From Myxococcota bacterium (GTDB taxonomy: Bacteria > Myxococcota_A > UBA9042 > PHBI01 > JAWLBL01): a DNA stretch of 64,000 nucleotides. Shown piece by piece: positions 52,346 through 62,137 of the stretch. Location: the NCBI GenBank assembly GCA_041687695.1, contig JAWLBL010000013.1:162274-226273 (forward strand), given 5' to 3'. The notes beneath the pieces are model-generated. The model made no database searches and was not told the origin of the DNA. It worked only from the letters and a program-made list of their open reading frames with translations. The first letter of the stretch is position 1. Each line of letters begins with the position of its first letter. Made by a program: the position numbers and the translations under genes.

Positions 52346-54796
52346 CTACTCCTCGGCGGCGGCCAGCTCGTTGAGCATGTTGTAGGCCTCGGCGTAGCGC
52401 GGGTCCGACTTCGGGAACACCGCCAGCACCTTCTGGCACAGGCTCATCGCCTTGGTCGGGTTGCTGCCGCGGGCCGCCTTGGCGTCGTTCAGCCAGGTCG
52501 CCGCCTTCGCGGTCACCTCGGTGTAGATCTTGTTGGCCGTCGTCAGCGACGAGTCCAGCGCCAGCGCCTTGCGCGCGTTGTCGCCGGCCTTGCCGAAGTC
52601 CTCGGCCGCGTAGGCGGTGCTGGCCTGATAGGCGTACTGGCGGGCCAGCTCGGCCTTGATCTTCGACTGGTAGGCGCCGCTCACGCTCGCGTCGAGCTTG
52701 CGCGCCTTGAGCAGATTCGAGATGGCGCTCGAGGCCTTGAAGGCCTTGGCGTCGGCCATGCCCTGCTCGTAGGCGCCCTTGAAGTTGCGGATCGACGAGG
52801 CCAGCTGCGTCGCCTTGGTCTTGTCGCGCTTGGTCACGCGCCCGGAGGCGATGCCCTCGAGCTCGGCGATGGCGCCCGAGAAGTCGCCCGAGGCGTACTT
52901 GCCGAGCGGCACGTCCAGCTTGACCGGCTTGTACGCCGGCGCCGTCGCCGCCGCCTTGGGCTTGGCGACCTCGGGCGTGTTGCCGGACTCGTCGGGCTTG
53001 GCCGCGTCGGGCTTGGCCGCGTCGGGCTCGACCTGCGCGACCTGCGCGTCGGGCTCCGCCGCGGCCTCGTCGGCGCCGGCCACGCTGAGCGACTGCTTCA
53101 TGGCCAGCGCGTCCGGGTCGTTCGGCGCGACCTCGAGGGCCTCGTCGACCGCCGCGACGGCCGCCGCCATGTCCTTCTTCTCCTCGGCCTCACGCGCCCG
53201 GCCCAGCGCCTCCTCGACGAAGCCGTTCTTCGCCTGCTCGAGCAGGCGCTGCGCGTCCGGGTAGTACACCGACGTGTCGCCGATGGCGCCCAGGCTCTTG
53301 ATCGCCGCCTTGAACCCCTTGTCCTCGATGGACTTGTTGCCGTCCTCGAGCGCCTTCCAGGCCTTGATCTCGGACTCGACCTTGGCCAGCCCCTGCTCGC
53401 CGCCCTCGACCTCCTCGTCGAGCGCGATGGCCTCCTTGAACTTCTTGCGCGCCTCGAACCAGCGCTTCTCCTTGAAGTCCCCGAGCCCGTCCTTCATGAG
53501 CGCCAGCGCCTCGGCCGCTTGCGCGCGCTTGTCCCGGTCGTCGGCGCCGCCCTTGGCGCTCGCCTTCTCGGCGCCCTCGCCCTCGCCGCCGTCGTCCGCG
53601 CTGGCCGTCGCCGTGGCGGCCCCCTTCTTGAAGAGGATGCCCAGCCCCAGGAACTTGTCGGCCGCCACGAAGCCGCCGCCCAGCACCGCCAGCAGGCCCA
53701 GCACCAGCGCGAAGATCTTCGCCCCGCCGCCCGACTTCGCCGGCGGCGCCTGCGTCACCGGCGGCTCCTGCGCCTGGTACTGCGGCTTCCAGTCGGGGAT
53801 GAGCTCCATCGCGGCCATGTCGCCGACGCGCGTCCGCTCGTTGTCGTCGTCGCCCACGCTCTTGAACTTGTGGGCCGCCATCGCCGCCGCGTCGATGGCC
53901 ATCGTCTTCTCGACCGCCGGCTCGACCGGCGCCGCCGCCGGCGCGGGCGCCGCGGCCACCTGACGCCAGATCATCGCGGTCGTGCCGACCTCGATCTTGG
54001 CGCCGTCGACCAGCTCGACCTCGCTCACGCGCACGCCGCCGACCTTGGTGCCGTTGCCCGAGCCGTTGTCGACCAGGCGCCAACCGCCGCGCCCCTTGAC
54101 GATCTTGAAGTGCTTGCGGCTGACGCTGGCGTCGTTGAGCACGACGTCGCAGTCGAGGCCGCGGCCGACCATCGTCTGCTCGCCCAGGACCTCGAAGGCG
54201 CGCCCGGCGTCCGCGCCGCCGCTCACCTCGAGCCGCGGCGGCGGCGCCTTGCCGGCCTGCGCCGTGGGGCCCGGCTTGGAGATCGGGCTGTCGAGCATCA
54301 TCGTCGCCTCGGCGGGCGGCTCCTCGTAGCTGGGCCCGCGTTGGCTGGCCGGCGCCGGCAGCGGCGCGGCCTGGGGCGCCGGCTGGGGCGCGGGCGCCGG
54401 CTGGGGCGCGGGCGCCGGGGCGGGCTCGTCGTCGAACGCGCCCAGCGCCCGCAGGTCGTCGAGGCTCATCGCCCCGGTCTTCTCGGCCTCGCCCGACCAC
54501 CCCGAGCCCATCGACTCGAGCTTGCGCGGGTCCACGGCCATCGTGCGCTCGGGCGGGGCCGCCGGCGCGCCGCCCTGGCCCGCCAGATCCTGGGGATTGA
54601 ACGCGGTCGTCTTCTCGGCCTCGACGCCGCTCGCCTTGCCCGCGAGCTCGTCCGGGTTGAATGCCTGCGTCTTTTCCACGCCTACAGCCCCTTTCGCGTG
54701 CTCGTCGCCGAGCGTCCTGGCGCGCGCATCCCCGGCGCCGCCGTCGACGGCGGTGCGCTCGGAGAAGCCGAATCGGCCTTCCTGGTCCCTGGCCAC
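52346..54796 (-). CDS. FHA-domain, single-TM, periplasmic TPR-like protein
   Basis: FHA (VGRGLDCDVVLNDASVSRKH...DNGSGNGT); TM IFALVLGLLAVLGGGFVAA; helical repeats; GTG after GGAG; TTGACA-16-TAGAAT promoter at 54874-54847. Confidence 0.85.
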   Translation of the reverse strand: MARDQEGRFGFSERTAVDGGAGDARARTLGDEHAKGAVGVEKTQAFNPDELAGKASGVEAEKTTAFNPQDLAGQGGAPAAPPERTMAVDPRKLESMGSGWSGEAEKTGAMSLDDLRALGAFDDEPAPAPAPQPAPAPQPAPQAAPLPAPASQRGPSYEEPPAEATMMLDSPISKPGPTAQAGKAPPPRLEVSGGADAGRAFEVLGEQTMVGRGLDCDVVLNDASVSRKHFKIVKGRGGWRLVDNGSGNGTKVGGVRVSEVELVDGAKIEVGTTAMIWRQVAAAPAPAAAPVEPAVEKTMAIDAAAMAAHKFKSVGDDDNERTRVGDMAAMELIPDWKPQYQAQEPPVTQAPPAKSGGGAKIFALVLGLLAVLGGGFVAADKFLGLGILFKKGAATATASADDGGEGEGAEKASAKGGADDRDKRAQAAEALALMKDGLGDFKEKRWFEARKKFKEAIALDEEVEGGEQGLAKVESEIKAWKALEDGNKSIEDKGFKAAIKSLGAIGDTSVYYPDAQRLLEQAKNGFVEEALGRAREAEEKKDMAAAVAAVDEALEVAPNDPDALAMKQSLSVAGADEAAAEPDAQVAQVEPDAAKPDAAKPDESGNTPEVAKPKAAATAPAYKPVKLDVPLGKYASGDFSGAIAELEGIASGRVTKRDKTKATQLASSIRNFKGAYEQGMADAKAFKASSAISNLLKARKLDASVSGAYQSKIKAELARQYAYQASTAYAAEDFGKAGDNARKALALDSSLTTANKIYTEVTAKAATWLNDAKAARGSNPTKAMSLCQKVLAVFPKSDPRYAEAYNMLNELAAAEE

Positions 54797-54989
54797 TGCT
54801 TCTCCCGATCGGAAGACCGCGAAAACATGGCGCTTCGCGCCCGGCCATTCTAGGCGGCGGGCCAGGGTTGTCAACGCGCGATGGCCCGCGCGGCGCCTGG
54901 GTCCGACGTCGGCGCGTCCGCGGCCGGCGCTCCGCTCGCCAGGAATAGACGGCCGCCCTCACGGGTCTTGGTGCCCCGCGTCCCTTGCG

Positions 54990-55032
54990 CGTCGCCCGCG
55001 CCGTCGCCCGCGCCGTCGCCCGCGCCGTCGCC
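54990..55032 (+). repeat. 12-bp intergenic tandem repeat x3.6
   Basis: CGTCGCCCGCGC repeated, ending 5 bp before the TTGACA at 55038. Confidence 0.85.
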
Positions 55033-55129
55033 GGATTTTGACAGGCCTCGGGTCGCATGATACCGAATTCGCTGCAAAAAAGCGGCCACGGCACGGCCGA
55101 CTAGACCCTCCGCCCAGGTGGTCCCGTCC

Positions 55130-55873
55130 ATGATCCCGCTCCCGCCCTCGTGGCTCGCCGCCGCGACCTCCGAGTCCGACGTCTTCGCCCAGGTGCTCGA
55201 GTCGCGCGGCATGGTCCTCGCGGTCCTCATCGCCCTCGTCGCGCTCAGCGTCGGGTGTTGGTTCATCATCGGCTACAAGTGGCTCGCCACCGGGCGCGCC
55301 ATCAAGCAGAGCCGGGCCTTCATCCGCACCTTCCGCTCCGCCAGCCGCCTCGCCGAGCTGTACGAGGTCTCCGAGAGCTTCCCGGCCTCGCCCGCCCGCG
55401 ACATGTTCCGCGCCGGCTACGAGGAGCTCGACCTCATCCTGCGCGAGCGCGAGGGCCGCGGCGGCCGCCCGCCCGGCGACGGCCCTGGCGCCGCCCCCGG
55501 CAGCCCGGGACACGCCTTCGAGAACATCGAGCGCACCCTCGGCCAGGCCGCGAACAACGCCAACGCGCGCCTCGAGAACACCATCGGCTTCCTCGCGACG
55601 GTCGGCAGCGCAGCCCCCTTCATCGGCCTGTTCGGCACGGTGTGGGGCATCATGAACGCCTTCGCCTTCATCGATCCGTCGCGGCCCATCCTCGAGACGG
55701 TGACCCCGCACATCGCGCAGGCCCTGGTCGCCACGGCCATCGGCCTGCTGGCGGCGATCCCGGCCGTCATGGCGTACAATTTCCTGGTCGGGCGGCTCAA
55801 GCGCCTGCAGGTCGACCTCGAGGACTTCAGCACCGACTACCTGAACATCCTCCGCCGCCACTTCTTCAGCTGA
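55130..55873 (+). CDS. tolQ: TolQ (MotA/TolQ/ExbB proton channel)
   Basis: FLATVGSAAPFIGLFGTVWGIM, IAQALVATAIGL, IPAVMAYN. Confidence 0.92.
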   Translation: MIPLPPSWLAAATSESDVFAQVLESRGMVLAVLIALVALSVGCWFIIGYKWLATGRAIKQSRAFIRTFRSASRLAELYEVSESFPASPARDMFRAGYEELDLILREREGRGGRPPGDGPGAAPGSPGHAFENIERTLGQAANNANARLENTIGFLATVGSAAPFIGLFGTVWGIMNAFAFIDPSRPILETVTPHIAQALVATAIGLLAAIPAVMAYNFLVGRLKRLQVDLEDFSTDYLNILRRHFFS

Positions 55874-55883
55874 GGAGGGCCCG

Positions 55884-56543
55884 ATGGGCATGTCGACGGG
55901 AGGCGGCAAGGGACCGCGCACGGTGCTGAGCGAGATCAACGTGACGCCGCTGGTCGACGTCATGCTGGTGCTGCTCATCATCTTCATGGTCGCGGCGGGC
56001 GTGCAGACCGTCGAGATGGAGAGCGAGCGCCAGCGCATGCTCGAGGAGGCCGAGGAGATCCTCGAGGAGGCGCGCAAGCTCGAGGCCAAGGTCGAGCCGC
56101 CGCCCGAGCACCAGAAGGTCGGCGTCGATCTGCCCAAGCTCAACAGCGAGGCGGTCAACCTGACCGAGGTGCGCAAGCTCAAGCTGCAGGTCGACAGAGA
56201 GCTGGTCTTCTCGATCGACGGCACGACCATCGTCGACTGCCTGAAGCTGTCGCCCGACATGGGCCGCTATCGCGGCGCGGTGACCAGCGGCGCCATGAGC
56301 GACGCCGAGCAGAAGGCGTTCGAGCCGTGCCTGAAGGCGCTGGGTGAGAAGCTGGTCGACAACGCCAAGCTGCAAGAGGACAAGGAGCTGTACGTCCTGG
56401 CCGACCGCAGCCTGGACTACGGCAAGGTCCTGCGGGTCATGGCCGCGGTCCGCCAGGCGGGCATCACCAAGTTCGGTCTGGTCGCCGAGCCGGGCCTGCT
56501 CGGCGAGGCGACCGTCGAGCGCTCCGAGCCGGAGCTGAAGTGA
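55884..56543 (+). CDS. tolR: TolR/ExbD family protein (extended)
   Basis: EINVTPLVDVMLVLLIIFMV, VDLP, ADRSLDYGKV, AGITKFGLV. Confidence 0.88.
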   Translation: MGMSTGGGKGPRTVLSEINVTPLVDVMLVLLIIFMVAAGVQTVEMESERQRMLEEAEEILEEARKLEAKVEPPPEHQKVGVDLPKLNSEAVNLTEVRKLKLQVDRELVFSIDGTTIVDCLKLSPDMGRYRGAVTSGAMSDAEQKAFEPCLKALGEKLVDNAKLQEDKELYVLADRSLDYGKVLRVMAAVRQAGITKFGLVAEPGLLGEATVERSEPELK

Positions 56544-57415
56544 AGGGACCCGCCGTCACGGCCGGAGCGCTGCTGACGCTCGCCGTGCACGGCGCGCTCG
56601 TGGCGTTCTTGCTGCTTTACGAGGCCGACCCGCCGCCGCCCATGACGCCGCGGCTGGTGACGGCCCCCTCCGGCAGCGTGCGCCACGGGCTGTGCGGGCT
56701 GCGCCGCTGCTCGCTGCCCGAGGTGTCGCAGCCGCGCCTCGAGCCCGAGCCGCCGCCGGTCGACGAGCTCGAGATCCTCGAGGCCGCGCTGATGCCGGCG
56801 CTCGGCTTCAAGGAGCCGGACCCGACCGAGATGCCCAAGCTCCAGGCCTACGAGCAGCACGAGATCGTCGAGGAAGGCGTCAACCTCGAAAAGGAGAACG
56901 AGCCCCCGGAGGAGGAGAAGAAGAAGGCCTTCGACCCCGAGAAGGCCAAGCGGGATCCGAAGAACAAGGCCAAGCTCGACGACATCCTCAAGGACTTCGA
57001 GGACGACGACCCGCGCAAGCGGCCGACCCAGCTGCAGAACATCATCGGCCACCAGGAGGGCGAGGTCGGCGGCCAGGGCAACGAGGCCAAGGCCGGCAAC
57101 CTGTACGCCGCCAAGGTCGCGCGCCAGCTCCGCAAGGACTTCGAGGTGCCGCCCATCGACGCCGACACCCTCAAGGGCCTGCGCGTGCGCGTCATCGTGG
57201 ACCGGATGTCGCTCGACGGGAGCATCGTCAGCTACCGCGTCAGCAAGACCAGCGGCAACCGCGGCTTCGACGACGCGGCGTTGGCGGCGGTCAAGCTGTA
57301 CGTGCCCTCGCAGGGCGGCCGCAAGACGCTCCCCGAGCCCGACGCCGACGTGCTGCGTTACATCAACGCCAAGGGCATGAAGATCGACCTCGACGGCCGG
57401 CTGATGAACCGATGA
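56540..57415 (+). CDS. tolA: TolA/TonB C-terminal domain protein
   Basis: N-terminal TM with TxxxH; Pro/Glu/Lys linker; DGSI...SGNRGFDDAALAAV. Confidence 0.75.
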   Translation: MKGPAVTAGALLTLAVHGALVAFLLLYEADPPPPMTPRLVTAPSGSVRHGLCGLRRCSLPEVSQPRLEPEPPPVDELEILEAALMPALGFKEPDPTEMPKLQAYEQHEIVEEGVNLEKENEPPEEEKKKAFDPEKAKRDPKNKAKLDDILKDFEDDDPRKRPTQLQNIIGHQEGEVGGQGNEAKAGNLYAAKVARQLRKDFEVPPIDADTLKGLRVRVIVDRMSLDGSIVSYRVSKTSGNRGFDDAALAAVKLYVPSQGGRKTLPEPDADVLRYINAKGMKIDLDGRLMNR

Positions 57416-58764
57416 CGGGGGCCGTCTTCGCCGCGCTCGCGCTGGCGCAGGCCGCCGCCGCCGCGCCGCCGCCGTTCTGCGAGGTGCCGGCCGACTGCGG
57501 CGAGGGGGGCGTCTGTCTGTCGGGGCTGTGCCGGGTCGGCTCCGAGCGCAGCCTGGTCACGCCGCAGTACACGCTGGGGGTCCCCGACGCGGTGGTCACG
57601 ACCAACGACGGCTGGCTGCGGGCCGAGGCGGACCGGCTGGTGGCCCAGCTGCGCCAGGACCTGGCCTGGACCGGCCTGTACGGCGTCTTGCCCCCCGATC
57701 GGCGCCCGCCCGGGTGGAGCGAGGAGGGCGCGAGCCCGTCCGAGGTGCGCCGGGTCGCGTGGCAGCTGGCCGGGGCCTGGCGCGTCCTGCAGGTCTCGGC
57801 GCGGCCCGACGTCGAGGCGGGTAGCTACCGGGCGCGGCTGCGGCTGGTCGAGCTCGAGCGCGACCGGGTCATCGACCTGCCGGGCGGGGACGTCCTGGTG
57901 CGCGCCGGCGGCACGCGCCGGGCGGCGGCGACCTGGGTCAACCAGCTGGTGGCCTACGACACCGGCCTGCCGGGCGCGGTCGGGACGCGGCTGGTCGCGG
58001 CGGTCGAGACGCGGCCGGGCGTGAAAGAGATCGGTGTCCTCGACGCCGACGGGCAGGCGCTGTCGCTGGTGACCGAGAACGGCAGCCTGAACCTGAGCCC
58101 GGCCTGGGGCCCCGGCGGGCGCATCGGCTACATGAGCTACCGGTCGGGCAACGCCGACTGGGTCGTGGACGGCGAGCCCGTCTCGACGCGCCCCGGCCTG
58201 AACGCCGCCGGCGCCTGGTCCCCCGACGGCCAGTGGTTGGCCATCAGCCTGACGGACGGCGGCAACAGCGACCTGTACGTCCTGTACGGCGACACGGGTG
58301 AAGAGCACGTGCGGCTGACCGACCATCCGGCGGTCGACACCAGCCCGGCCTGGTCGCCCGACGGCCGCCGCATCGCCTTCGTCAGCGACCGCACCGGCAG
58401 CCCGCAGATCTACGTCGCGACCCTGGACAGCCCCGAGCTGCAGCGCGTCACCCAGGGCGGCTACACGACCTCGCCCGACTGGTCGCCCAACGGTCAGACC
58501 CTGGTCTACGCCCTGCAGATCGGCGGCGGCGCCTTCGCCCTGATGCGCCACGACCTCGACACCGGCCGCACGGTTCGCATCAGCCCGCAGGGCGGCAGCG
58601 CCGAGAGCCCGACCTTCTCGCCCGACGGGCGCTACATCGCCTTCGTCCGCAAGGATCCCGGCCGTCCGGCCCAGCTCTGGGTCATGGACGCGGACGGCTC
58701 GCGCGCCCGGCCGCTGGCGACCTCGCACCTCGCGTTGTTCTCCCCGGATTGGCAGCGCTGGTAG
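57412..58764 (+). CDS. tolB: TolB-like beta-propeller protein with N-terminal Cys-rich motif
   Basis: PD40 repeats (PAWSPDG, AWSPDG, PDWSPNG, PTFSPDG); IAFVSDRTGSPQIY. Confidence 0.82.
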   Translation: MTGAVFAALALAQAAAAAPPPFCEVPADCGEGGVCLSGLCRVGSERSLVTPQYTLGVPDAVVTTNDGWLRAEADRLVAQLRQDLAWTGLYGVLPPDRRPPGWSEEGASPSEVRRVAWQLAGAWRVLQVSARPDVEAGSYRARLRLVELERDRVIDLPGGDVLVRAGGTRRAAATWVNQLVAYDTGLPGAVGTRLVAAVETRPGVKEIGVLDADGQALSLVTENGSLNLSPAWGPGGRIGYMSYRSGNADWVVDGEPVSTRPGLNAAGAWSPDGQWLAISLTDGGNSDLYVLYGDTGEEHVRLTDHPAVDTSPAWSPDGRRIAFVSDRTGSPQIYVATLDSPELQRVTQGGYTTSPDWSPNGQTLVYALQIGGGAFALMRHDLDTGRTVRISPQGGSAESPTFSPDGRYIAFVRKDPGRPAQLWVMDADGSRARPLATSHLALFSPDWQRW

Positions 58765-58798
58765 TAGGCTCCGCGCGCCCACAGCCCCGGAGACCTCG

Positions 58799-59503
58799 AT
58801 GACCACGCCCCCGCCCGGCCGCGGCCCCGTCCGCATCGCCCCGTCCATCCTCAGCGCCGACTTCGCGCGCCTCGGCGACGAGGTCCGCGCCTTGGAACGC
58901 GGCGGCGCCGACGTCATCCACGTCGACGTCATGGACGGCCACTTCGTGCCGAACCTGACCATCGGCCCGCCGGTCGTGGCCGCCCTGCGCCGCGTGACCC
59001 GCCTGCCGCTCGACACGCACCTGATGATCTCGAACCCCGAGGACTCGGTCGAGCAGTACATCGAGGCGGGCTCCGACTGGATCAGCGTCCAGGTCGAGAT
59101 CTGCCCACACCTGCACCGCATGGTCCAGCGCATCCACAAGGCCGGGGCCAAGCCGGGCGCGGTCCTGAACCCGCACACGCCGCCCGAGGTGCTCGAGTAC
59201 GTCCTCGACGACCTGCACCACGTCCTCGTGATGAGCGTGAACCCCGGCTTCGGCGGCCAGAAGTTCATCCCGAACGTCCTGCCCAAGATCGAGCGCCTGC
59301 GCCAGTGGATCGACCGGCGCGGCCTGGACGTGCGCCTCCAGGTCGACGGAGGAGTCAAGCTGGACAACATCGCGCGGCTGCGGCAGGCCGGCGCCGACGT
59401 CTTCGTCGCGGGCAGCGCCGTCTTCGCGACCGAGGACTACGGCGCGACCATCCAGGCGCTGCGCGGGGCCGCCGAGGCCCCCCCACAAGCCAATGACGGC
59501 TGA
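58799..59503 (+). CDS. rpe: Ribulose-phosphate 3-epimerase
   Basis: IAPSILSADF, HVDVMDGHFVPNLT, MSVNPGFGGQ, VDGG, VAGSA. Confidence 0.97.
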   Translation: MTTPPPGRGPVRIAPSILSADFARLGDEVRALERGGADVIHVDVMDGHFVPNLTIGPPVVAALRRVTRLPLDTHLMISNPEDSVEQYIEAGSDWISVQVEICPHLHRMVQRIHKAGAKPGAVLNPHTPPEVLEYVLDDLHHVLVMSVNPGFGGQKFIPNVLPKIERLRQWIDRRGLDVRLQVDGGVKLDNIARLRQAGADVFVAGSAVFATEDYGATIQALRGAAEAPPQANDG

Positions 59504-59587
59504 TCCCGGCGCTCGCGACAGGGTCGTTGACGCCCGGGGCGCCCTATGGGAAGTCCCCTGGCCACCTACCGACCCGGGAGTCCCCCC

Positions 59588-61018
59588 ATGACGCTGGACG
59601 CCAAGCGGACCCAGGCCTTCGTCGACGCCTTCTGGGACGAGCAGATCCTGCCGACCCTCGAGCGCTACATCACCATCCCGAACCAGTCGGCCCTGTTCGA
59701 CCCGGACTGGCAGGCCCACGGCTACATGGACCAGGTGGTCGAGCTGGCGCGCGAGTGGGTCGAGGCGCAGGCCATCCCCGGCGCGACCGTCGAGGTGTGG
59801 CGGCTCGAGGGGCGGACGCCGCTGCTGTTCGTCGAGGTCCCGGGCGACCGCCCCGAGACGGTCTTCCTCTACGGGCACCTCGACAAGCAGCCGCCGATGA
59901 CCGGCTGGTCCGAGGGCCTCGAGCCGTGGAAGCCGGTGCGGCGCGGCGACCGGCTGTACGGGCGCGGCGGGGCCGACGACGGCTACGCGGTCTTCGCCTC
60001 GGTGGCGGCGACCAAGGCCTTGAGGGAGCAGGGCGCCTCCCACCCGCGCCTCGCCATGGTCATCGAGTGCTCGGAAGAGAGCGGCTCGCCCGACCTGCCG
60101 GCCTACATCGAGGCCTACGCCGACCGGCTGGGCACGCCGGGGCTGGTGGTCTGCCTGGACTCGGGCTGCGGCGACTACGAGCGCCTGTGGCTGACCACGT
60201 CGCTGCGCGGCATGGTCGTCGGCAACCTGAAGGTCGAGCTGCTGCGCGAGGGCGTCCACTCGGGGCGCGCCAGCGGCATCGTCCCGTCCAGCTTCCGGGT
60301 CGCGCGGGCGCTGCTGAGCCGGCTCGAGGACGAGCAGACCGGCCGCATCCTGCCCGACGCGCTGCAGGTCGAGATCCCCGAGGACCGCGTCGAGCAGGCG
60401 CGCCGCGCCGCCGAGGTGCTGGGCTCGGCGACGGCCGACGAGATGCCCTTCCACGAGGGGGTGGGGCCGGTCACCGACGACCCGGTCGAGCTGCTGCTGG
60501 CCCGCACCTGGCGTGCGGCGCTGTCCATCACCGGCCAGCGCGGCGTGCCGCCGCTCGAGCAGGCGGGCAACGTGATGCGCCCCGAGACGACGCTCAAGCT
60601 GTCGCTGCGCGTCCCGCCGACCCTCGACGCGCCGGCCGCCTCGGACTTCGTGGCGCGCCTGCTCACCTCGGACCCGCCGTACGGCGCCAAGGTCGCCTTC
60701 GAGCCCGAGAAGGCCAACGAGGGCTGGAACGCCCCGCCGCTGGCCGAGTGGCTGTCCACCGCCATCGACGAGGCCTCGCGCGCCTTCTTCGGCCCGCCGG
60801 CCGCCATGACGGGGGAGGGCGGGTCCATCCCCTTCATGGGCATGCTGGGCGAGAAGTACCCGGACGCGCAGTTCATGATCACCGGCGTCCTCGGGCCGGC
60901 CTCGAACGCCCACGGGCCCAACGAGTTCCTGCACGTGCCGACCGGCAAGCGCCTGACCGCTGCGGTGGCGCACGTCATCGCCAGCTACGACGCCCACCTG
61001 TCGGCCGGCGGACGCTGA
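59588..61018 (+). CDS. M20 family metallopeptidase (dipeptidase-like)
   Basis: YGHLDKQP, LYGRGGADD, EESGS, VHSG, GGSIP, NAHGPNE. Confidence 0.9.
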   Translation: MTLDAKRTQAFVDAFWDEQILPTLERYITIPNQSALFDPDWQAHGYMDQVVELAREWVEAQAIPGATVEVWRLEGRTPLLFVEVPGDRPETVFLYGHLDKQPPMTGWSEGLEPWKPVRRGDRLYGRGGADDGYAVFASVAATKALREQGASHPRLAMVIECSEESGSPDLPAYIEAYADRLGTPGLVVCLDSGCGDYERLWLTTSLRGMVVGNLKVELLREGVHSGRASGIVPSSFRVARALLSRLEDEQTGRILPDALQVEIPEDRVEQARRAAEVLGSATADEMPFHEGVGPVTDDPVELLLARTWRAALSITGQRGVPPLEQAGNVMRPETTLKLSLRVPPTLDAPAASDFVARLLTSDPPYGAKVAFEPEKANEGWNAPPLAEWLSTAIDEASRAFFGPPAAMTGEGGSIPFMGMLGEKYPDAQFMITGVLGPASNAHGPNEFLHVPTGKRLTAAVAHVIASYDAHLSAGGR

Positions 61019-61022
61019 CCGG

Positions 61023-61787
61023 GTGGAAGACCTCTGGTCGCCGCTCGGCCTGGCCGCGCTGGTCGCGTCGGGGGTCGTCGCCGGCTTCGTGAACACGCTG
61101 GCGGGCGGCGGGTCGCTCCTGACCTTGCCGGCGCTGATGCTGCTGGGCCTGCCGCCCGACGTGGCCAACGGCACCAACCGCGTGGGCGTGCTGCTGCAGT
61201 CGCTGGGCGCCGTCCGCACCTTCGACCGGGCCGCGCGGCTCGACCGCGGGCCGCTGCCCTGGATCGTGGCGCCGACCCTGTTCGGCTCGGCGGTCGGCGC
61301 GGCCCTCGCGTCGTCCCTGCCGCCCGAGATCCTCGAGCCGGTCCTGCTCGGGACCCTGGTGCTGATGGGCATCGTCCTGACCCTGCGTCCCGGCAGCCTG
61401 GCCCCGCTCGAGACCACGACACCGGTGCATCCGCGCGCCAACCGGGCGGCCATGGGCTGGCTGGTCGTCGCGGGCCTGTACGGCGGGTTCATCCAGGCCG
61501 GCATCGGCTTCATCCTGCTGGCCGTGCTCGGCGGCGGGCTCCGCTACGATCTCGTGCGCGCCAACGCCATCAAGGTGCTGGTCGTGGGCGCCCTGACCGT
61601 CGTCGCCCTCGGCATCTTCATCGCGCACGATCTGGTCCGCTGGGGGCCGGGCCTCGTCCTGGGCGCCTCGACACTGGCCGGCGCGGTGCTCGGCGCCCGC
61701 TATGCCTTGCGCCGCGGGGCGGAAGCGCTGCGCTGGATCGTCCTGGCGGCGGTGTTCGTGACGGCGCTCGTCGTCGCGCTCAGGTGA
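61023..61787 (+). CDS. TauE/SafE (TSUP) family exporter
   Basis: AGFVNTLAGGGSLLTLP, ANGTNR, GLYGGFIQAGIG. Confidence 0.88.
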   Translation: MEDLWSPLGLAALVASGVVAGFVNTLAGGGSLLTLPALMLLGLPPDVANGTNRVGVLLQSLGAVRTFDRAARLDRGPLPWIVAPTLFGSAVGAALASSLPPEILEPVLLGTLVLMGIVLTLRPGSLAPLETTTPVHPRANRAAMGWLVVAGLYGGFIQAGIGFILLAVLGGGLRYDLVRANAIKVLVVGALTVVALGIFIAHDLVRWGPGLVLGASTLAGAVLGARYALRRGAEALRWIVLAAVFVTALVVALR

Positions 61788-61814
61788 CGAGGCGCGCGCA
61801 TCGCGAATCAACCG

Positions 61815-61843
61815 TTGACACTCCCCGACAACGGGCTTACATA
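61815..61843 (+). promoter_or_regulatory. sigma70-type promoter of tRNA-Pro
   Basis: TTGACA-17 bp-TACATA. Confidence 0.55.
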
Positions 61844-61862
61844 CGCGCTCCCGAACCGGTGG

Positions 61863-61939
61863 CGGGGCGTAGCGCAGTCTGGTAGCGCACCTGCTTCGGG
61901 AGCAGGGAGTCGCTGGTTCAAATCCAGTCGCCCCGACCA
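61863..61939 (+). tRNA. tRNA-Pro (CGG)
   Basis: Acceptor stem CGGGGCG/CGCCCCG; anticodon arm CCTGC-TTCGGGA-GCAGG; GTTCAAATC; encoded CCA. Confidence 0.97.
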
Positions 61940-61943
61940 CGCC

Positions 61944-61987
61944 GCCGAAGGCCGCATCCCCACCCGGGGGTGCGGCCTTCGGTTTTT
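61944..61987 (+). terminator. Intrinsic terminator after tRNA-Pro
   Basis: GCCGAAGGCCGCATCCCC-accc-GGGGGTGCGGCCTTCGGT hairpin followed by TTTT. Confidence 0.75.
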
Positions 61988-62137
61988 GTGCACCCGACGT
62001 AACCGGGCAGAATACATAGGGAAATGCCACGGTGGCCCGGTTGACACCGCGCCGGCCCGGGTGCTACCGTCGCTGGGTCGAATCGGCGGGATAGACGGCC
62101 CGTATGACCGGCCCGACGGGGCAGGGAAAGGACCACG

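Noticed and set aside
55130..57415. AglRQS gliding motor
   Set aside because: There is one TolR followed by TolA- and TolB-like genes, which fits Tol gene order rather than the one-TolQ/two-TolR aglRQS arrangement.
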